Positions 54,493-64,000 of a stretch of 64,000 nt of DNA are shown here, piece after piece. The notes under the pieces are model-generated. The model saw only the letters and a list, made by a program, of their open reading frames with translations. It ran no database searches and was not told the origin of the DNA. How positions within the stretch are numbered: the stretch's first letter is position 1; every line of letters begins with the position of its first letter. Where the stretch lies: assembly GCA_951406725.2 (NCBI GenBank), contig OX597818.1:116560001-116624000 (forward strand). Reading direction: 5' to 3'. A program made the position numbers and the translations under genes. Source of the DNA: Octopus vulgaris. Its lineage: Eukaryota.

Positions 54493-55623
54493 ATATTTTA
54501 CTATAAAATTGGATTTAATCCTAAATCTGATTTTTTCCCTGTAAATTTGGATTTATTCCCTAATATTTATTATATATATATATATATATATATAAGCATA
54601 TGAATATAAATTCACATGCACACACTTATACATCTATCTTCTAGATTTTAGCTTATTATTTCCTTTTGAAGTACGTTTCACGTATCTATGCATGTGAGCA
54701 TGTTCTGTGTATATGAATGGTATGTATTGCTACTTAAAATTATGTGAAACTCCAGGAAAACAGTTGTTTGTGTCAACAGAGAAACTATGCAACAGCCACA
54801 TTCCTCTGATGATGGCTTTCGCGAAACGACATGTACCAGGCACATAACTAAACATTATGAATCACTTTTCTATGAGACGTCGACAATTTTACCATTCAAA
54901 CAACATCAGCAACAAAAACAACAAGCATACTATTTAAAATTCTAATAACTTTTAATATAGACTGAAGGCTACCGGTAGGGGCACATTTGATTTTCCGTGA
55001 CCCTGATATACTTAGTTGAAATTGTATCGATCCAGTGTTGCACATGAGCAAACGAGACCACGTTGGCATTTGAGCTTATAGCATCGATTGTAGTAGAGGA
55101 TAAGCATAGCAATCTTAGCCCTTTATATGTTATAGCTTTTAAGCCTCTTGTATTATCCTAGGCTCTATCTAGAGAAGAAATGCCATTCATCTGATAGATA
55201 TGAAGTCGCTCACAGATAGGCTCAAACATGTGGATCACTGATATGCTATGTCCACTCTCAAATTTCTTCTCTACCGGTAATATGATAGCATCTACTTGTC
55301 ATCTGCTCTGGTCTCACCGGTTGCGTTTTTTCACATGCGTCCGACCAGGCATAAGACTCTAAGCTCAGTCGTTCACAACTGGAAAATCTTAGCTTTAGAA
55401 TATCTTTATCTGTAAATGTATTGTTTGTGAAAGTTGATGTGCATAAGTTAACGGCATCAAAAACATCAGTGCCGGTAAGATTAGGTAGAGTTTGAAATAA
55501 TGCTGAATAAATAAATGAAACCAGCAAAAGACAGAATAGGAACATAGGAATAGGAAAAATTCGAAACTTATAGCAACTCAGACATACATACATACATGTG
55601 TGTGTGTGTGTGTGTGTGTGTAT

Positions 55624-56000
55624 GGAGGCGCAATTACCCAGTTGTTAGGGCAACGGGCTCGCAGTCGTACGATCGCGGTTTCGATTCCCAGACCGGCCTT
55701 TGTGAGTGTTTATTGAGTGAAAACTCCTAAAGCTCCGCGAGGCTCCGGCAGGGGCTGGTGGCGAGCCTTCCTGTACTTTTTCTCCAGAACTTACTCTCAC
55801 TCTTTCTGTTTCTGCTGTACCTGCATTTCAAAGGGGCCAGCCTTGTCACAACACTCTGTGTCACGCTCAATCTCCCCCGAGAACTACGTTAAGGGTACAG
55901 GTGACTGTGGAGTGCTCAGCTACTTACACGTTAATTTCACAAGCAAGCTATTCTGTTGATCGTATCAGGAACCCTTGTTATCGTAACCGACGGTGTGCCA

Positions 56001-56001
<1 letters not shown>
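55624..56001 (+). mobile_element. SINE C-related, full length
   Basis: ggaggcgcaat..cccag..gttaggg...ggttcgattccc...cgtaaccgacggtgtgccac; inverted copy at 59093-59435. Confidence 0.88.
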
Positions 56002-56064
<63 letters not shown>

Positions 56065-56675
56065 GTGCGTATTTATACTCACATGCACATACACATATAC
56101 ACATACACTCACACACGTTTACATACGTAACTCAAATTTATAGGAAAACGAAAGACAAAGACAGGTGTAGTAACAGCAAAATACATACATATATGCATAT
56201 ATGTATATATTTATATATATATATACATACATATATATATGGATGTATATAACAAACCCAGTGATGCCTTTAAACTTTTGGAAGTTCATAGAGATGGCTG
56301 TTTTATAGTAATAATATTTGTTTTATTACATTACGATAACATAGGAATAAAGCCAGAATTATGAGGTTATAAAGTTAATCATAATTGACATTATATTATT
56401 AGATGTCATAAAGTGACTATAAGAATCATAATTATTCAGAGAACAAACCGAATGGAGATCTACATCGTGCTACAAATTTAGCCTTACTGTTAAATTTTGG
56501 CACCCATTAGACTATATAATAAAAATGCTAAATAGACAAAAAAGAACAAAAAAATACAAGAAAAAGGTCAGATAATTCTCTAAATGTCACTGTTAGTTTT
56601 TGGATCCATTTTGTACGTTCGACAAAACAACCTCTTTGGTACCATGCTAGTTGCCCCGCAGTGGTGCTTCTAAAG

Positions 56676-57358
56676 CAGCATTTCTCAACTATAAGGCGGC
56701 GAGCTGGCAGAAACGTTAGCACGCCGGGCGAAATGCTTAGCGGTATTTCGTCTGTCGTTACGTTCTGAGTTCAAATTCCGCCGAGGTCGCCTTTGCCTTT
56801 CATTCTTTCGGGGTCAATTGAATAAGTGCCAGTTACGCACTGGGGTCGATATAATCGACTTAATTCATTTGTCTGTCCTTGTTCGTCCTATCTGTGTTTA
56901 GCCTCTTGTGGGCAATAAAGAAATATGTATTTCTCAACCATGAACCCCTTTGATTCACTTCTTTACTCATACAGTCTCTCCTAGTCATTCGATCTTAAAA
57001 GAACTATTATGTTTTTATAATTGAGCTGTCAGAAACGTTAGCGCGCCGAGTTCAAATTCCGCCGAGGTCGAGTTTGCTTTTCATCCTTACGGGTCGATAA
57101 ATAAAGTACCAGTTTCGCACTGGGGTCGATGTAATCGACTTAATCCCTTTGTCTGTCCTTGTTTGTCCCCTCTATGTTTAGCCCCTTCTGGGCAGTAAAG
57201 AAATATATAACTGAATGTTATTAGAAATTGCATAAAAATAATCATTGGAACATTTTGTGTATTGTAGAAGCATAACCAGATTATTGGAGATAAATTTTAA
57301 CGGCAAAATCTTATATGGGCCGCCAAGGGCCCATATGAACCTCGGTTAAGAACCACGG
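56676..57358. mobile_element. Old hAT-type MITE containing two nested SINE A copies
   Basis: Ends cagcatttctcaac / ggttaagaaccacgg; SINEs at 56694-56924 (duplicated atttctcaac.at) and 57023-57225. Confidence 0.6.
56694..56924 (+). mobile_element. SINE A, full length, tail 1
   Basis: aggcggcgagctggcagaaacgttagcacgccgggcgaaatg...gggcaataaagaaat. Confidence 0.93.
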
Positions 57359-57799
57359 CTCTGATGTTTAGATATGTATTGTTTAGAGTCTAAACAATGG
57401 ATATTTGAAAGCTACGTTGATGACACTTTGATGAACATATTTCATCATGCAAGTTGTAGCGTGAAAGGAAATATTATATATGGAGGCATACAACAGTATG
57501 AAAATAAATTGTGATGCCCTAGATACAGGCATACCTCAACTGACGTCGTTTCGAGTTATGTCTTTCTCATTCCACTTACGGTCACTTTGTTTTATAAAGA
57601 AACTCATGAAAGAAATAAAAATCAACTTTAGTCGATTTACCTAACCTTACATCGACTTCAGTAAACATATTCTTGAGCATAGAAATCAAAAGAGACAAAC
57701 ACCTATAACTCAATACTGGAGTGGGAAATCAGATAACATGTATGTGGAAATATATAAAAGGTATACGTTAAAAACAGATATCAGCTAATAGAAATAAAA

Positions 57800-58051
57800 A
57801 TAAACGCGCCCTTTTAAAGTCTAGCCAGCCTCATGGGCCCGGTTTCCTGGTTTCAATGGCGTATACGTTCCCCAGTTGGACGGGACGACAGTCCATCGCA
57901 ACGTTACTCATTTTTGCCAGCTGAGTGGACTGGGGCAATGTGAAATGAAGTGTTTTGCTCAAGAACACAACGCGTCGCCCGGTCCGGGAATTGAAAACAC
58001 AATCTTACAATCATGATGCTGACACCCTAACCACTAAGCCACACGCCTCCA
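57800..58051 (-). mobile_element. SINE C-related
   Basis: Minus strand tggaggcgtgtggcttagtggttagggtgtc...ttcttgagcaaaacacttcatttcac. Confidence 0.85.
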
Positions 58052-58429
58052 TATAAGCTAATAGATATTTTAAAATTATATGTGTTTTCGTGTTACGTCG
58101 ATTTCGAGTTGCTTGTCTTGGAACCAATTAACGACTTACGTTGAGGTATGCTTAAATAGCATAAAAGAGGGGAAATTAAAGTAGAATTGAGACCAGTTTA
58201 TTCGTACAGGCAACACACACTAAGGTATGTATCGATTGAATCAGTTTACAATTGACATCGTTATCCACGTTTACTTAAATCTAAACCAAATGAAATGCAA
58301 TTCAAATTAATATGATGAATGGTCGTCAGCGACTAAGTTCTTGTATCCTTGCTCGTGGGACCCTGGAATATATAGATATACGGACGTACATATGTATGCA
58401 TTTATGTATGTATGGATGGATGAATGGAT

Positions 58430-58700
58430 GCGAAAGAGCGTGGCTTAGTGGTTAGGGTGTTCAGCTCTCCATCGTTGATTTGATATCTGGTGGCGCATCG
58501 TGTCGTTGAGCATGGTATTTTAATTCAGCCAAAGCGCCAGCCTTGTCACATTCTGCGCCGCAACGAATCTCTCTGAGGACCACGTTAAGGTTTACACACG
58601 TCTAAGGAGTGTTCTGCCATTTTCACTTTACTTTCACGAGCTGGCTGTTCTGTTTACCGGATCAACTGGAGACCTCATCATCGTAACCGACGGAGTGTCA
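58430..58700 (+). mobile_element. SINE C-related, diverged
   Basis: gcgtggcttagtggttagggtg...ccagccttgtcaca...tcgtaaccgacggagtg. Confidence 0.8.
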
Positions 58701-59092
58701 TTTTTTAAGTATGTATGTATGTATGTATGTATGTATGTATGTATGTATGTATGTATGTATGTATGTACGTACGTACGCATGTATGTATTGGTTTATGTAT
58801 GTCTTCTCATGCATATAGTTGCATATCTAGACATGCTAATATATATTTAAAGGATAAACTTTTGGAAAGTTTTGCAGATTTTTACAGTTCCAGTGATGGA
58901 TTGTATCTGTAGTTTTCGAATTAGCTTTCCCCTTTCTGTTTTTGAGGAGCATAATTTCTGAAGATTGGTATTTTGGCAGATGAATGTATGTATGTGTATG
59001 TATGTAGTGTATGTTTCTATGTATGTATGTATGTATGCAAGCACGAACATTTGCATGTAGTGTATGTATGGATGTATGTACGCGAATGTATC

Positions 59093-59435
59093 GTGGCACT
59101 CCGTTGATTACGAAGACCAGGGTTGCAGCTGAACCGATCAACGGAACAGCCAGTTCGTGAAATTAACGTGCAAGTGGCTGAGCACTCCACAGACACGTGT
59201 GCCCTTAACGTAGATCTCGGGGGAGATAGCTCGCCCCTTTGAAATACAGGTACAACAGAAACAGAAAGAAAGAGTGAGAAAGTTGTGGAGAAAGAGTACA
59301 GCAGGGTTCTCCACCATCCCCTGCCGGAGCTTCGTGGAACTTTTAGGTGTTTTTGCTTAATAAGCACTCAGTATGCCCGGTCTGGGAATCGAAACCGCGA
59401 TCTCACGACCCGACCGCGAGTCCGCTGCCCTAACC
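59093..59435 (-). mobile_element. SINE C-related, inverted relative to 55624-56001
   Basis: gaaattaacgtgcaagtggctgagcactccacag...ccggtctgggaatcgaaaccgcgatc. Confidence 0.88.
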
Positions 59436-59944
59436 AAAGTTTCATTGTACATCCATTCGTGTATGTATATATAAATGTTAGATAGACGAATGGGTAAATA
59501 TATCTCTATATCTCTTTACTTATGAATCGAATGAGTGATGTAAATTCACACCGCTTTTACAACGGTTCTGTACATCTACTCACTTATTGACTTAAATTTG
59601 GCGCTCTGCCAAGCCATGCGCCCCTGTATATTCTCCATGTATAAATATCTGCAACTTCTTTATTTACATATTCTCGTATTGATTTACATTTCAAGCGAAC
59701 GATCAATTCTTGATACCATTCATACATCAATGCTGTTATATTTATAACTTTTTACTGTACAAGATTCTTTAAGTTAGTTTTCTAAATAAATAACTACATC
59801 GACATAACCATGTACATATTCATCAATTCATTTATAAATACTCACAGACGCAACAAACACACACGCACCGAAAGAAAATGTATATGTGTGCATAAGTATA
59901 TATGTGTACATGTATATGCAGATATAAATATTAATCGATACATT

Positions 59945-60484
59945 GTTTAGTCGTTTGACTGCGGCCATGCTAGAGCCTCACTTTATAGGGTTGTTTAAAT
60001 CGAACAAATCGACCTCAGGACTTATTCTTTGTAAGCCTAGTACTTACTCTATCTGATTTGGTTTTTTTTTGCCGAACCGCTAATTTACAGGGACGTAAAA
60101 ATACCAACAACGGGTGAGAAGTGATTGTTGAGAGGAGAAACACAAACACAAACATAGATTTATATATATATGGAGCACTGGGGTGTTCCGTCGGTTACGA
60201 CGACTAGGGTTACAGTTGATACGATCAACGGAATTGCTTGCTCGTGAAATTAACGTGCAAGTGGCTGGGCACTCCACAGATTCTCGGGGAGATTCAGTGT
60301 GACAACAGAGTGTGACAAAGCTGGCCCTTTGAAATACAGTTACTTCTCATTTTTGCCAGCTGAGTGAACTCGAGCAACGGGAAATAAAGTGTCTTGCCTG
60401 GAATTGAACTCACGACCATACGATCGACCATACGATCGACCATACGATCGAGCCGAATGCCCTAACCATTAAGCCATGCGCCTT

Positions 60485-60536
<52 letters not shown>

Positions 60537-60680
60537 GGACAGGCTTCTTTCAGTTTCCGTCTTCCAAATTCACTACCAAATATACACTTAAGACTGCTGT
60601 AGAAGGTTCCATGCTGTGGGACTGAGTTGAAATCATGTGGTTGGGAAGCAAGCTTCTTAACACACAGCCACGCATGCGTC
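59945..60680 (-). mobile_element. SINE B with a SINE C copy (60185-60487) nested in its microsatellite
   Basis: B tail 59945-60150, C copy, B head 60535-60680. Confidence 0.8.
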
Positions 60681-61125
60681 TACATACACATATACATACA
60701 TCTAGTGCCCTATTAAGACGTATAGGGGCCCTGCGCATTTAAAAGATTTTGATGACAACCCGACCATATAAGTATTTCAGAATATAAACAATAATAAACC
60801 ATGAAATAAAGTTTGTTTTTAAAATGAAACAAAACTAACAGTAAGATGGAAAAGAAAAAAAAAGAGTTTAATTTTGCATATTTGCTCTTTATTTATATTT
60901 CCATGTGTTAATTGTGAAGTCTTTGATCAGATCCCCACGATGGCACCACGAACACTTCGAAATTATATAAGCCATTTCAAATATTATTTTGGCAAGTTTA
61001 AAGTGGTTTCTTGGTAAACCTTTTACCATTTCTGTGATGCACGCGTCCTCTTGATGCCCGAAACACGTGCATATTTTGGTTTATGTTTAATACAGAGTGC
61101 ATTTATCGATTGATAGATAGATACG

Positions 61126-61194
<69 letters not shown>

Positions 61195-61527
61195 GTATAC
61201 AGCATGGCCACAGCTCGTGAGCTGAAACTGGATAAAATAAAAAAAAATAAAATACATATATACATACATATTTATATACAGAAATACTGATTATGCTCAG
61301 GATAGGCCTTGCGAGGTTATTGTCCAGTTAAGGAGCCCCCAAAAAACATTGATTTAAATTACGCAAGTTATTGGAATAGCGTGATGCCTCAAGCAGCACT
61401 TATGCGTTTTACAGGTCCAGTTAATAAACCTGCAAAACGGATGAGCTACCCTTGGGCCACTCGCTCGTACGATGCAGTACACACACATATATATATCCTT
61501 AGATTCATGTGTATACACACACACACT

Positions 61528-61587
<60 letters not shown>

Positions 61588-62256
61588 ACAGAAACGCACA
61601 TGCACACGTATTTAAAGAATGATTTTGAAAGTTATCAATTAGTTAAAAGAAAAAAACTTTGGTAAACAACATGACACAAATCTTTTGGAATGAAGGTTTT
61701 CAATTTTACGTAGGCACTTTCGTTGTTCACATTTTCCAACACGCGTGTTAAATAATTGATAAATTTCTTTAAATATTGTCACTGTATAAAGTACATCTTG
61801 CAAAACATGTATACATACGTTCATACATACATACATACATACATACATACATACATACATACATACATACATACATACATACGTGTATATATATATGTAT
61901 GTGTGTGTGTGTGTGTGTGAATGTATATATATATATATATATGTATATATTATGTATGTATGTATATATGTATGTATTATGCATATATGTATATATATAT
62001 ATAAACGTATATATATATATATATTATATATATATATATATGTATGTATATGTATGTATTATATATATATATATATATGCAGATATGTATTATATATATA
62101 TATGAATGTGTATATATATATATGAATGTGTATATATATATATATATATCTGTATATATATATTCATATATATGTATATATATATATGAATATATATATA
62201 TGCATATATATATCTGTATATGTATATATATGGATATATATATATGTGTATGTATG

Positions 62257-62289
<33 letters not shown>

Positions 62290-62704
62290 CTGTGTGTGTG
62301 TGTGTATTTATGCATGCATATACACCTTCATACACACAAGTACATAGGGACAATATATAAAGTGTTGCAGATACATAACTATGTCTAAGAATTCTACTAA
62401 CGTCACTGTTAATGGGTGTTTTGCCTTCTTGCAGATCTCTTGTTTTTCTTGTTAGCGTTACTTCAATGCTTTTTTTTTTACGTGTGATTTATTAATGGGA
62501 GTATTTCTTTTTATTCTCTTCTATTTAGAAAGCAAAATTTAACCCGTAGTTAAGGAACAAAAAATTAGAGTTTCTTTTCTTTCGTTCTCGCGTTTGACCG
62601 TCGACTGTGAGTGCGTGTTTGCCCTTAATCACCCTTTATGGGTTTCCATTCTTGTTATGCAGTTATAATATATTTTTGTATTTATTGCAAGGTATGTATG
62701 TATA

Positions 62705-62970
62705 TGCTGCGAATTTACCAAAAACAAACAAAACAAAAGACGAAACGGGTGTGTAAACAACAGATAGATGTATTAGTTTAACGCCGGGGAAGTGAGAATG
62801 TCTTTTACATTTTGAACCTCCGCTCTTCAACAGAAAAGAACACAGAAATAAACAGAGAGAAAATAAAAAGAAAGAGAAAATAAAAAGGACAGAGAAAATA
62901 CAATAAAATAAAAAGAGAGATAAATTATATAAAAAAAGGTTTAGTGGCTAGCGATCAATCATGGCGAATG
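62705..62970 (-). mobile_element. Third copy of the short hammerhead-bearing repeat (degenerate)
   Basis: tgtattagtttaacgc...tcttttacattttgaacctccgctcttcaacagaaa matches 28078-28146. Confidence 0.7.
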
Positions 62971-62995
62971 TATATATATATATATATATATATAA

Positions 62996-63078
<83 letters not shown>

Positions 63079-63734
63079 GTATTAGGTCCGCGCAAATTTT
63101 CCTGTATTTAAGGCATTTGTGACCAATAAAAATAGCCAAATTTCACTGTTTTATTAAGGTAGTGGAAAGAAATTGTGCGAGGACATTTTTCAGGCTTGTA
63201 TTGGCTGAATAACTGGGTATTTTGTGCGGGGCTTCTCCTGCAATACGCTGATGTTCTTTCTCTCACTTAAGGGTTTTTCTTGCTAAATTTCCATTTTCAA
63301 ATATTTCGTCTGTTTTAAGTTCATTTCCTGAATGATTTGTTAAATAGATTGACTAAGTATACACTTATTTAAATTATTTGGTGAATGCTAGTTAATGCTC
63401 TCCTTTTGTATCTTTGCATTGTGGTCAATGTCTCGGGCTCTTGTGACCGATAAAAATATGTCTTAGATTCATTCTTATTCCTCTTGATGAAATTAATGGA
63501 TATGCGCAAATGAACAGGGAATATCGGCTTCCCTCAACTGCACAAAACTTGGTAAATGTACTTTTCTACTCTAAGCAGAAGGTTCGAAATTTAGGGGAAA
63601 GGGAGCAAGTCGATTAGATTGACCCCAGTACAAAACTTGGTGAATGTCACCATGTTTTCATTTTCCATTTGAAGAGGATGCTAATGGTCGAGGAATTATT
63701 ACAGACCATCTGTAAATTATTTTGGAAGCTGGGC

Positions 63735-63835
63735 ATTGTTTTGATGCAACGATCAATGATTTGGTTTCACCAATGAGTTGAAGACATGAGAGAGCTTATA
63801 ACCGAATCAGTGGTCGCTTCGATTTATTGGAAGAT
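63735..63835 (+). pseudogene. Possible hAT transposase remnant
   Basis: FDATINDLVSPMS*RHERAYNRISGRFDLL resembles the D...L..R...Y......F.FL segment of hAT transposases; short and degenerate. Confidence 0.3.
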
Positions 63836-64000
63836 TTTTTATTGTTGCTGTAGTTTAACTGACCGACGTTGAAATACGCTTCTTTCCTCATCATTTCATC
63901 TTATGTTTAGAGTCAGTGAGTATAAAATTGTTTGAAATTTTCACACAAGGCCGGCGATAGACTACAGTCGATTACATATATTATAGTATTTAAATGTTAC

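Overview
AT-rich eukaryotic, almost entirely non-coding DNA: dense (TA)n/(CA)n/(TATG)n/(TATC)n microsatellites plus many tRNA-derived SINEs. This landscape is characteristic of an octopus genome (inference, not database-checked). Recognisable content: a full-length dead Tc1 (DD34E) element, an internally deleted mariner-like element, hAT- and Merlin-like MITEs, a 1.6 kb non-autonomous Helitron carrying a LINE ORF1 5' fragment, Penelope RT and hammerhead-ribozyme-like fragments, RTE and CR1-like LINE fragments, and an ORF1-only retroelement whose 3' end matches the tail of the commonest SINE. The only credible host coding sequence is a signal-peptide first exon at 52938-52998 (+), whose intron appears to run past the window end. 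Nearly all listed ORFs are microsatellite artefacts. Best leads: the ORF1-only element/SINE shared-tail system with recurrent tail-to-head junctions, the hammerhead-like motifs (minimal and long-stem-II forms), a 70-bp hairpin array with flipped linkers, and (TA)n-centred fold-back palindromes. All alignments and folds were done by eye.
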